DNA of 63,885 nt, filler included, from Octopus bimaculoides (Eukaryota): assembly GCF_001194135.2 (NCBI RefSeq). It is 7 parts of 6 records of this genome, joined end to end, with 100 filler letters (N's around TTAATTAATTAA, not from the genome) between each part and the next. Parts side by side here need not be neighbours in the genome. Positions count along the whole stretch, not along the records: positions 8,550 to 21,811 come from NC_068982.1; positions 21,912 to 25,461 come from NC_068994.1; 5 more parts are not named here. One strand, 5' to 3'. Under the pieces are notes generated by a model. That model did no database searches and was not told the origin of the DNA. It saw only the letters and a program-made list of their open reading frames with translations. Shown piece after piece: positions 10,957-22,598 of the stretch. Each line of letters starts with the position of its first letter. Positions within the stretch are counted from its first letter, which is position 1. The translations under genes were made by a program, and so were the position numbers.

Positions 10957-13900
10957 GACTGTCTGCCTGTATATATATATATANNNNNNNNNNNNNNNNN
11001 NNNNNNNNNNNNNNNNNNNNNNNNNNNNNNNNNNNNNNNNNNNNNNNNNNNNNTATATATATGTATATATATATATATAAATGCATTTCGTTTCGTGTAT
11101 GTATATATACATACATACATGCATACTATTACATTTATGTATGTGTGTGCATGTATTTGCGTGTGTATGTTTTTGTGTAAAGACAGAAGAGATTCAGAGA
11201 GAGACATGAGAGAGAGAGAGAGACATGAGAGAGAGAGAGAGAGAAAAAAAAAACAAAAAAAACAAACAGAGACAGACAGACAGAAGAGAATGAGCGGGAG
11301 AGAGGGAGAGACAGAAATGAAGGGATAGGGAATGCTGAATGTGCGAAAATATGTTCAAATCGGGGCGGTACTTGCTTAGATTAAGTATATATCATTATAA
11401 ATTTCTCTGCACACTGTATTATCCCACCCCTTCCCAGTTATCGTTACACATAAGTCGATATATGAACGATGAGGGAATATGAATAACGGGCAGGTAAATA
11501 GGATAGGCTTTTCTATTAAAAACTAGATCAAGCGCCCTCTTGCTTTTCTTTTCTTTTCTTTCCCTCTTTAGCCTATTCAGACAGTTGTTTATGTATGTCA
11601 AATCATAGCGGTATAAAAGGGCAAAGGTACTATCTCTTCTGAAACCCCGAAATCACGCCATATCATGCCATTTCTTGTAACCAATCTTAAAACAGCAAAC
11701 AGGAGGCGCAGCTGGCTAAAGTAATAGGCGTCGATCTAGTGTTCGAGGTATGGTGGTTCGCATCCCAACATCAGTGCTGCGTTGTATTTATGGTCAATAC
11801 ACCCAACTATCACCTTTTGATTGACATATAGTTATAAATGATAGTTGTTTAACCTTATATTATTCTATTTATAGACGCTATAGCCTTTTATCTGGCCTGG
11901 TTATATCTGTATTGTGTCGAGAATTACCTTCTTATTGAAGATAGTATGTCAACAAGAGAGACTATGTAATCGCTCAATCTACTATAATTCGCAACCAAAT
12001 CTCTTTCAAAATACACCCTACTGATAAACGGCTACAATTCACAGTTACTGTTAACTGCAACAAGAAGTAAGGACATCATTGAATTGGTGGGAGCTTCATT
12101 AGCTTGCAATATTGAGTTCAACTGCTCTTTGATGTGTTTTGGTGAAGAATAGATTTCGGCGAGCCAGGCTGACTTGTCCTTCACTGATATACCAGCAACA
12201 ACTACTCGAGTCAAAGACAGTTGCTACAAGTTTGCTCTCAGTTGCAATTTGGCTGATATTTCTAATAGTTCGAGCGATCAGGCTGGTTTCTCTCGTATTT
12301 CGTGTTGTCTTCTGCTTTAATTCTGTACATACCTTGGATCTTTTATAGCGTTATAAAATCAGTCCCCTGTACTTGGCCAGTTCTTTATTTCATCAGAAGA
12401 ATGGAAAAAGCAAAGTTGACCATGGTAAAATCTAAACGTAAAGGCGCATAACTATATACAGCAGACATTTAGTCCGATGTCCTAACAAATCTGTCAATTC
12501 TTTATTTAGTCATTTATAAGAGGATCTATTATATATCATTTCACTTGTAGTAACCTTCATGCCATGTGAATATACATTATCATTCCGTACTATTTTTGAA
12601 TGACTTTAGTAAGATATCAACATTGTTTAAAAGTTGAAATTCATTCGTAAGGAGGCGGCATACAACCAACAATAATACAGGTCTCATGACTCTAATAATT
12701 TTGCTTGAAGTTACATAGAAAAAGAGGTGGTGAGGTCTTACAAGAAGCAACCTTAAAACCACAGAATGATCGATACACGATTTAAAAAAAAATTAAGGTA
12801 ATATTTATTTGATAAATTAGAAGGGTAAAGAGATAGATATTCGACGAAAGCAATTGCTAGAATTGAAACTCTTATAAGAACGAACAACATTGTAAAGATA
12901 AGAATTATTAGTAACCATAAGAAGGAGAACAAGACAAGAAAGTTTAAGCGTAAAGTGTCCTTGTTTCTTTGAAAGTTTTTCTTTTTGTACATAATTTTTT
13001 ATATTCATAATATATGAAGATCCTATTAAGACGCAGAAATAGTAAATACAAAAACCAGAAACGTGGAACCAAGGTATTAAAAGGAATTGAGGAGAAAACA
13101 GATTAAACTATTATATGGACAAGAAATGTTGTAGAAGGAATGGATATCTGAATATTGCTGAAGTTCTTAAGTTTCTCACTATATTACTATGCCCTTAAAA
13201 TACAATTCAGCCAGTTTGCTGACCCATATAGTAGAGTACAGTAACCTAACTATTTTCTCAAAGTCTCGGAAGAAACGAGTCAATACCCGACTGTTTTATT
13301 GGACAAAATTACATATATTTTTTCTATTTTCTTATTGCTTTTTACCGTACACGAATTTCACAAAATCTGTTCGGCTTAAAACCTAAATATTTTTTATATA
13401 AAGAGTGCTGTTACTAACAAATCAATGAAAGAACTCCTACGGGTTCGCTCGGACTGCTAGAAACAGTAACTTAATCTCCTTTAAACCACAATCTGCTATC
13501 TGTAAAAAAAAAAGGACACTGAATAATGTAATCCGGAGTACTTTATTCTAAAAACTAGACAGGATAAACGGGTTCATGCAATAATACAAGTAGTTGCATT
13601 ATTATCAGCGGTTTCATACATGACATCCTTCATGAAGGTCCTTGTTTCTAATCAATAAAATACTGTATTCTGTAATGTAAGTGGCTTATTTGATTATATT
13701 TGATTTAAGTTCTACAGGAAGCAATTTTTAAATTCAGAGATTGGCTATGTAAGAAAGCTATGGCAAACTGGTGTTAAGTATTTGTTGCAGAAAAGTAAAG
13801 TTGTTAAAAAATAAAATAATTTTATAAAATCAATAAATTCTATCATCGTTTAACTGTTGTAGTGGAGGACGGTTGCATCTCTCATCATCCATATAGCTTT

Positions 13901-14437
13901 CATAATAATTTGGAGTCCAATAATTATCCTTGGCTATCGGGGGATTTGAATCCCTAGATGGAATCTGAATTCAGAATGCGACGAACCGGTGCACATACTG
14001 CAAAGTGTCTCATTTGACACTCCAACAATTCCACCTCTGTACCGCACTGAACCGGTACGTTATTTATCAATCCCTATTGAAGAAAGAAGTAAAATTTGAC
14101 CTGGGCGCGATTTGAACTCAGAAGTCAGAGAGCTTGCAGAAATACCGTAAAAAGTACCTTTCCCTAACAATTCGCAACCTTTTATATTATATTTGCAAAT
14201 AATGTTTTCAAATTTTGTTACAAGGCCAGTACTTTTGAGAGGTGGGGTTAGTTGATACCATAGACCCCAATACTAGCTGGCACTTTATTTTATCAACATC
14301 GAAAAGACGAAAGGTAAAGTTGACCCTCTACATAACTTGAACTTAGAATGTAAAGAGCGGGAAGAAATACCGCAAAGCCTTTTTTGCCCACACAGTAAGG
14401 ATTTCAATATTTTCTCGTCCTTTTATGTATAAATAAT

Positions 14438-14645
14438 CCTTTCTACTAAAGACACAAGGCCTGAAATTTTGGCAGGGCGGCTAGTCGATTATATCGACCC
14501 CAGTGCTCCGCTGGTACTTATTTCATCAACCCAGAAAGAATGAAAGGCAAAGTCGATCTCGGCAGAATTTGAACGCAGAATGTCAAGACGGACTAAATAC
14601 CGCTAAGCATTTTGCTAACGATTCTGTCAGCTCGCTGCCTTCGTC
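14438..14645 (-). mobile_element. SINE family A with 14-bp TSD (two older minus-strand copies at ~14030-14180 and ~14195-14420)
   Basis: Family A sequence; TATGTATAAATAAT occurs at 14424-14437 and 14646-14659. Confidence 0.85.
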
Positions 14646-16292
14646 TATGTATAAATAATAGAACCATAAATATTTTAATGGCTTCAGTCTGTGGCCAATA
14701 TATATTGATGTAATACGATACATCAATATTAAACTGATTTTATTTATGCTTAGATTTCAGTTTTATCTTTCTAATTTTAGCCTTCAGTCATTCTCATTCA
14801 TTGTATTGCATAATCCCATAGAAGCTGTTCTTTATTTTATTTTAATTCCATTCACGTTACCATTTCCATGTTGTGAAGAATCAGCGTATAAAGTGGCACT
14901 TGGCGCTATTTTGTGTCCATAAACAAGATCACACTTACCGGCTCAGACCTTTTAATTTCTTGTAAATAAGTGATATATGTGTACGGAACGGGAACAGTGA
15001 TTATATAATTAACAGTTAATACTATACTCGAACCTTAGCAGTGGTGACTTAAATTAATAATAACATGTGTTTGAAAATGGCCAATAGGAATTCTAATTGA
15101 ATGCTGTGCAGATTCTTTTACCTATACATGTTTACCAGGAGCCATCTTCGATTCGTATGCTAACATAATTTTGTTAACATAGTGGGACGTGTTTTGAGTG
15201 TGGTTCGGCTGTCATTTTTAGCGACTGCTTAGAGGCTTGTGAAAAATGTTGTTGCCGTTTATCTGAAGGTCAGCTCGACCGAATAGTCCAATGATCAAAG
15301 ACGTTCAAGCGTTAAGTGTCCATCTTTATAATATACTTATGATGACATTGTCCGGTGTGTCCTTCCTTATCATTTTTATAGACAACAAGATGTGATTCGA
15401 GACAGAGGGACTTAGTTGCTATTTTAGCAAGTCAAGTGATAATGGAACTCACCATATATGGATGGTTAAGCAAGTTCATTCTATTCTGTTGCTTGCTGAG
15501 TGACACAGAAGAGACACTAAATTATTTGGCAGGATTTTTAAAATAAGAACGAAATGCTAAAACAATTTGGCAAATCTGCAGCTTTTAGTTCAGAAAACTT
15601 GAAGAAGTAGGGGAGGGGAAAAATCAACAAAACAACAGGCAATAAAATTAATAAGTTGTCAAAACATGAATAAAATAAGTTGTTCTTTTTTAAAGAAAAA
15701 CTATAAATAAAATAATTACATTTACTCATTAAACCCACTGGATAATTTTAGTACATTTTCTGGAGGACAAAAATGAATACTACTAGCTACTATCCTATTA
15801 TTTAATAACAGTTGGGCACAATGTACATACACATGCAATCATACACATGTATACATATGCGTGTGAACATATATACATACCACCATAAACACACATAAAA
15901 GGACAGTTTACACACACACATATATGTATTTATGGATATGTATGTATCATACTCAAAGGCATTTTATATGCCATTATGTTGTCTTGAACACAACAGAGTT
16001 GTACGTATTCTAAAGGCGTTAAATGAAGCCAATAAATGAAAACTAATGTTTCTTTTAATTCTTTTCCCGCGCTCGTCCATTGAATACAAGAACAAGTACT
16101 TCCGGTACTTAATTACCACTAAATATACGAATGCTTTAACTGGGTGAAATAGTCGAAACCGTTCAATGGGTCAGTGCAGTTAGTTCACACCTCATTCCTA
16201 ATATATTTCTTAAGTAGGACATATACACCGACAAACTGAAACCAAAGCTTCTATTTCAAAACTGACAAAATTTTGTTTTTTATCTTACCTAG

Positions 16293-16343
<51 letters not shown>

Positions 16344-16849
16344 AGGATGTGTACAAACCGAACAATCAACATTGCAACCGTAAATATACAATGCACACAT
16401 ATGTAATATACGGGAGTATCAAATGCATATACACACATACAGAAACACAAATACGCATATGCGTATGGATGTGTGTATCTTGTTTCACACTAGAAAGTAA
16501 TATTTTTGATATATTTTCCATGCTGAAGTCCTACAGAGACATGAAACAGATATTTTAAGAATAGGGATTAGGAAACTATATATAAGTGTGTATATGTGCG
16601 TGTGTGTGTGTACGTGGTGCGTATGTGTGTCCGAACACACACACACAAATACATATACATACGTACACATACTTACACATTTACACACTCACGAAATGAA
16701 ATAAATACAAATTAAATTTTGATTTAGGCACAGTCGAAGGTTTCTAAATTTGTTATATGAATTAATTAAAAACTGAATGTACAAACCAGCAAATCTCAAA
16801 AGCCTCTGGGTGACCAAATATTCTATTTTAGTATTTTAGACGGATCTAA

Positions 16850-17370
16850 GATTGGTGGGTTGACAGAATCGGTTGAAGGACGAATGAAATAGATTTATGT
16901 TCTGATTTTAAACTCCTCTGGCGTAGACTTCGAATTTCATTCTGCCTGGTTTCATAAAATAAGTACTACTTGAGTGTTACAGGTCTAATATTATTAAATA
17001 TGTCCTTTCTCTTATGTGGCTTTGTGTCACAATTTGAAGTCGATATTGTAGTTGAGTTTTAATGAGTAGAGTACCAGAAACAGAAGAGGTATGAGGAGAG
17101 TTCATCTACATTCTGAGTACCATTGCTATCCATCCTTTCCTTCAGGACTTAAATTGATAAATCAGGTACCAAGAGTAAGTGAAGAATAATACCATTCTCC
17201 AATAACTTATCTTGTGCAAAAAATGGTTGAATCATTAGACTGCAGGATAATGTCACGCGGTATTTGTTTTGGTTCTCAGCTCACCGATTTCATAATTACG
17301 CTGAGGCCAGCTTAGCTTTTCATCTTTTCGGTATTGATAATATAGTACCGATCCAACGTTGTGGATGGGA
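16850..17370 (+). mobile_element. Cluster of three highly decayed family A SINE remnants
   Basis: Recurrent TTCTGAG/GATAAAATAAGTAC(C/T)-type central-domain motifs. Confidence 0.55.
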
Positions 17371-17449
17371 AGAACTGTTAAAGTATCGGACTAGATATCT
17401 TATAGTATTTGTTCTGGCTGTTTCGTTCTGAATTCTTGAGTTGACTCAC

Positions 17450-17612
17450 TTAATCTGTCGTCCGTTTGAACACCACTACCGTTTGTTTCTTGAGTGTCTT
17501 TAGTGCAGTTCCCTTTGTTGTAAGTGCTCGGGTTATATTCCCAAATTCGGGATAACCTTCTCCCTTCCTGACAGCAGAACAAGGGCCATGGACACTGCTC
17601 TTCCCTCTCAAA
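17450..17612 (-). CDS. Candidate internal coding exon of an unidentified gene (163 nt)
   Basis: Acceptor TTTATTTGTTACTGTTTAG and donor A|GTGAGT. The frame FEREEQCPWPLFCCQEGRRLSRIWEYNPSTYNKGNCTKDTQETNGSGVQTDDRL is open end to end. No homology recognised. Confidence 0.4.
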
Positions 17613-18424
17613 CTAAACAGTAACAAATAAATAATATTTGACCATATATGATGGACAGTTCCCGTTTCTCTATGCACACACTAATGTTTCTGAAGAAATT
17701 CACTTGATGCATTGGTGAACTCGATAGTTGGCAATCGAAAATAGTTACCATTGAGATTCTGTCGTTATTTGTGGTTACCTAGCGATTAGTAGTGTGTATA
17801 TATTTCAATTGATAATTTATAGATGAGAGTAATTAATGTGATTCAGTGAATAGTTAGAAGTCATTTATGAAGTGTATTTTTAGGGCTTCAGAATCACATT
17901 ACAGTTTGTTGAGGCAATCAAGCGAATATACTAAAAAATCAACGATAAGAATGAATCTATTCAAAAATATAATTATTTCGCTCATCCTTTACATAGATTA
18001 ATTCTACCGTATTTAGAATTAAGTAAATTTACACTTTCAAAAGAGTTTATATTACCCTGTATTGTTGTTTAGAATTAGGTCAGCCTTGATTGAGAAGGCC
18101 TATGATCAAAAACAGTTAAACTATGAAGTCGACGTCAGCGGAATTTGAACTCAGAACGTAATGGTAAGCAACATAAATACTACAACGCATTTTGTCCATC
18201 ACTCTGCCAATTCACAGCCACAGCTTATTTTCTTTATATAATGACTATCAAATTTTAAAAAAAAGAATGAAAAGGCAAAGCATTTGTTATTTATTTGTGC
18301 TTAGATTATATGAGTATTGGTAACTCCTTAAGTTTATCCTGAAGCAGAAACATTTTTGCTAGATGTAATGGCTTTACTAAATAACGTCGTTGCCTTATAT
18401 TCATTAAGTGAGGCATAAAAGTAC

Positions 18425-19030
18425 TTCAGACTACGCTGCCACAGGGTCGACCATAAATCTGTCGAAGAACGACCAATACCTTGGCAGTTTGCTTTTCTCA
18501 GTCTGACGATCAGTGGTAGCTGGCAACACTAAGTTGCCGTTAGAGGTGTCACAGCTTGTGGAATCCGAGATGAGGGGCCTACTTCCACTGAATGGGAAAA
18601 TTGTCATACCATCTGGTCTCTTATCATGCCTTCCGTCTAGTCTGCTGGTTCGAGCTGGAAGGAAAGTCTGCGGCATCTAGACCAAGCTTTATTATCTTGT
18701 TAAGGGCGGCTAGGCGTGGCAGGCGACCTTCACTATGAGAGCATGTCGGTGGGTGGAGACTGAAAAATCAATTGTGGATCCGCAGCGGCATTCATGAACC
18801 TCACAGATATGGAGGACGAGCCTCAAGGAAACGCCGGTGCGCAGATAATTGCTATCAAGCTGAGTGCCAGCTGCGAGTGATAACACCGCATTGAGCCAAG
18901 CTCCTCTGTGAGATTTGGAGGCTGAGCGGAAACATGCCAGACGGTGTCGATCAAGTCGACACACTAATTCGTCTGCTGTCATACTATATTGAATATCGCG
19001 TAGGCCGCCTCGCGTTCTCCAGTCACAGGT
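18425..19030 (-). mobile_element. CRE-like RLE non-LTR retrotransposon fragment (C-terminal CCHC + restriction-like endonuclease)
   Basis: RSASKSHRGAWLNAV...LRTGVSLRLVLHICEVHECRCGS and RLDGRHDKRPDGMTIFPFSG...DSTSCDT, with frameshifts. Confidence 0.8.
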
Positions 19031-20333
19031 GGTTCAGAAAAACTATGATTAATTCTCCAAGAATTTCGCACCTGCTTCACCACTACTCTTTAATTTTTTA
19101 TTAAAAAAAAAAATTATCGTGTGGCTTCAGCTACGGAAAACAAAAGATGAATTAATAATAAGGAAATCAAACCTAATTGACCGGACAGAAATCATTGTTG
19201 TGGGGGAGATTTTAAGGGGCGAAAAGAGGAACCAAAAATCTAGCTAACATTGTATCGGCAGTTCAAGTCATTAGAAAAAATAGTCAAATAAAATAAGCAA
19301 ATACATAATATAACTAAAATAAAGATAGAACAATGTGAAAATAAAAGAGAAAAGTAAGAAAAATCTCATGAAAAAAGAGGCAAATATGAAGGGGAAAATG
19401 TAGGAAGGGCGAATAACAAGAAAAGATGAGGAGTGAGAAGAGAAAAGAAAAAAAAAACTTGAAAATCGAACATCTTTGATTTTTAGAGGTAGAAATGATT
19501 AAACAATATTAGAAGTAGTAGTTAATGCAACCGATGCCAGAAATAGCAGCTAAATCTTCCCCCAGTCCACACCCAACCATCTTAAAGAAAAAAAGTAATG
19601 AAAATGTGGTTTTCAGCGTACTGAAATGACATGATCAAGTTTGGAATGCCATTTAGGTGCAAGGTGGACCCGGCACTACACAACTTAGAAAAATTGTCGC
19701 CATTTTACCAAATCCAGGTCTTAGGACTACTGCTGCCACTAACTAATTTATAGTTAAGAAAAATACCAGAGAAGAATAAGTAAATACATTCCGTAGCCGT
19801 TTCCTTTCATGTTGCTGAATTTAGGATAAGAGTACATAGAATGAGAGAAGCTTTATTGTAAATTGATAAAAGAAGGAAACGTAATTACAACGAGAAAAGA
19901 AAACAGTGTTCTGTCATAAACTCATTCACATATATTAGCACATTTTATAGGAATATAATTCGACTCTAGTGCTTGACTGGTACTTTTGTTTTATTTACTC
20001 CGAAAGATGAAAGGCAAAATTAATCTCGTCGTATCGGGACTCAAAATGTAAAAGGCCGAAACCGAATCCCTCACGGCCGACATTGTGACGATTCTGCCAA
20101 ATCATTGTTATCAACCACTGTAGTTGTTCCCTGTTACCCCTACAACCACTTCTTTTATAAATACGGAACTAAACAATTTTTATGGGAAAAGAGATGTTAA
20201 AGAGACTTTGAAGATGTTATGCTCTAGATCAGCCCAGATTGAGCAAAACTATGTCTCAAGGCGGTCCAACTATAATAAACCAGTCGTATTTTCATCTTCC
20301 ACATTAATCAACGCGTGGGTCGATTCTGTAACG

Positions 20334-20450
20334 CAGTGGTTCTCAAGGTGGGTAGTGGGCAATTTTGTATGGATACTGGTGACAAAGGAGGTTATGTGGG
20401 TACGTATGAAGCGCAGCGACTACATAACTGAATTTGATTGAAACCACGTT
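20334..20450. mobile_element. Short decayed hAT-type MITE
   Basis: Starts CAGTGGTTCTCAA and ends TTGAAACCAC (eroded inverted copy); no clear TSD. Confidence 0.4.
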
Positions 20451-20488
20451 GGATCAATGACTAAGATCAAGCAATGCAACAAATATTC

Positions 20489-20711
20489 TTTTCTACTCTA
20501 GGCACAAGGCCCAAAATTTTGGGGGAGGAGGGAGCCAGTCGATTAGATCGACCCTAGTACGCAACTGGTACTTAATTTATCAACCCCGAAAGGATGAAAG
20601 GCAAAGTCCACCTCGACGGAATTTGAACTCAGAACGTAAAGACAGACGAAATATCGCTACACATTTCGCCCGACATGCTAACTTTTCTGCCAACACATCG
20701 CCTTAATGTAT
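20489..20711 (-). mobile_element. SINE family A with 9-bp TSD
   Basis: Near-complete family A copy; CAAATATTC at 20480-20488 and 20712-20720. Confidence 0.85.
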
Positions 20712-20971
20712 CAAATATTCACTGATTATAGGGTCGTGCTGTGGTTAGTAGTCACCCACGTCAAACTAGTATCTAGAACTAATTTTCTCTGGCCCGGTAT
20801 TACATGTATGTACATTAAAAATAGATGAGGATAAGGTAGAAAAGAAGCGTTTAAAGTTTATCTTTCATTTTCAGGTGTCGATAAATAAAGTGCTGCTCAT
20901 GTACTTGAAATAATTTCTCTCTTTCTCTCTCCCCCTATCTCTCCTAGCATCTCTCTTTCTCGCTCACTGTC

Positions 20972-21003
<32 letters not shown>

Positions 21004-21007
21004 CCTC

Positions 21008-21085
<78 letters not shown>

Positions 21086-21271
21086 AATCGTCGATGCTCT
21101 GCAGTGAGAATGTTGTAGACGACCACTTACAGTGTCAGTGCTTACAAAAATAGCGGAGAGTTGAGTGAGGGTGCTAAGATAGCAAACCCTTTCTAAACTT
21201 ATATGCTATAAAAACCAAAGTGGAAAGAAACTAGGCGTGGAAGGATTGGTGCATTCATACAGCATAGAATG

Positions 21272-21272
21272 G

Positions 21273-21341
<69 letters not shown>

Positions 21342-21782
21342 GTACCGAGAATTTAACATCGCTGCCCTAAACTGTGTCTCATTTCGAGCCATTGGTTCGT
21401 CTGGTATCATGGAGAGGAAAGCGTCGAGTTTTGTCTTGAAGACCTCTATATCCACGTCTTGCAGGTCTCTCAAATATTTTGGCAGGGCATTAAAGAGATG
21501 AAGTCCTCTGAAACCGAGGCTGTTGCAGTACCTCGTTCTTATGTGAGATGCAGTGGACGGCACCTTTGGTACCATGCAGTGGCGACCTGTGCGGGCATTC
21601 TTGTAGTACTTGATGCCAAAGTTTGACATCAGACCTTCCTGTATTTTCCATGTGTATATTATTACATATCTCTCTCGCCTGCGCTTCAGGGAGTAGAAAC
21701 CTAGTGCCTTCAGTCGCTCTCTGTAGTTCATCTGTTGGACTGTGGCGATCTTTTTTGTATAGTGCCGCTGAATTGCCTCGAG
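21272..21782 (-). mobile_element. CR1-group LINE 3' fragment running into an (ATAG)n tract
   Basis: LEAIQRHYTKKIATVQQMNYRERLKALGFYSLKRRRERYVIIYTWKI...LFNALPKYLRDL...FKTKLDAFLSMIPDEP, the typical CR1 ORF2 C-terminus. Confidence 0.88.
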
Positions 21783-21911
21783 TATATATATATTTATATA
21801 TATATATATATNNNNNNNNNNNNNNNNNNNNNNNNNNNNNNNNNNNNNNNNNNNNTTAATTAATTAANNNNNNNNNNNNNNNNNNNNNNNNNNNNNNNNN
21901 NNNNNNNNNNN

Positions 21912-22075
21912 TGGGTACTGCACACATTCTACGCAAAACACTTTCAATACAGTAAACATAAGAGCACCACAGCAAACCACAGCACATACCCAAGGCGCAC
22001 AGAGCTGCGCTCGGTAGTGAAGTGAAAGCACGTTATAAAAATAAAACTACTGAACAATAATAATAACAACAACAA
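21912..22075 (+). mobile_element. R4/Dong-like 3' terminus with (AAT)n tail
   Basis: Encodes GTAHILRKTLSIQ*, homologous to GTALILWKALTI* of the 5010-5711 copy. It is followed by a 3'UTR and AATAATAATAAC. Confidence 0.75.
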
Positions 22076-22124
22076 CATTGAAAAATACCTTAGGAATGAG
22101 AACCCAGGTTCGAAATTTCCCCAA

Positions 22125-22167
22125 GACACCTGATGAAGGCTGGAGGGTATATCAGCCAAAATGTGTT
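22125..22167 (+). ncRNA. Degenerate minimal hammerhead motif (Penelope-type)
   Basis: GACAC-CTGATGA-A-GGCTG-loop-CAGCC-AAAAT-GTGTT. Stem I, the core and the 5-bp stem II are intact; the GAAA/stem III part is eroded. Confidence 0.55.
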
Positions 22168-22254
22168 AACAGCAAACAAGATGAGGACAAATATCCATCA
22201 ATTGTAAATAATGTAAATAATGTACATAATTCTTCATCTCTTCAATATAGAACT

Positions 22255-22598
22255 GTGTTGTTGATAGAAGTTTCACACACATGACCATTTACCCTCTTTG
22301 AATCTTAGAATGATTTGAGACCATGTACTTCATGCAAAAGGAGCCGTAAGTACTAGCATTCTGTTTGGTTTGGGTGGACACTAAACTCTTGCAAGAGCAT
22401 CATCCCCACATTCCCTCTTATGCCATTTATTGTTTCTCCAAGAGTAATACTTTAGTAATTGTTGGTAAAGGTGTTTTCTTGTATTTTCATCTACTTGCCA
22501 CAACTTTAAAAAGGCAGTAAGTGTAGTTTCTTTTGGAGAAAGTGCTTGTTGCAAGGCTGTTTGCTTTGTAAAGATAACTCTGTGGCCATTCTCTAGAT
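22255..22598 (-). mobile_element. Helitron Rep/helicase fragment (continues at 24902-24945)
   Basis: LENGHRVIFTKQTALQQALSPKETTLTAFLKLWQVD...YYSWRNNKW...VHPNQTEC*YLRLLLHEVHG...RVNGHVCET, a typical Helitron linker region. Confidence 0.85.

Noticed and set aside
12032-12348. Overlapping 60-78-codon frames as a host exon
   Set aside because: Part of it matches a dispersed repeat seen elsewhere in the window (CGCTCGA.CT..TAGAAATA.CAGCCAAAT); no consistent splice sites.
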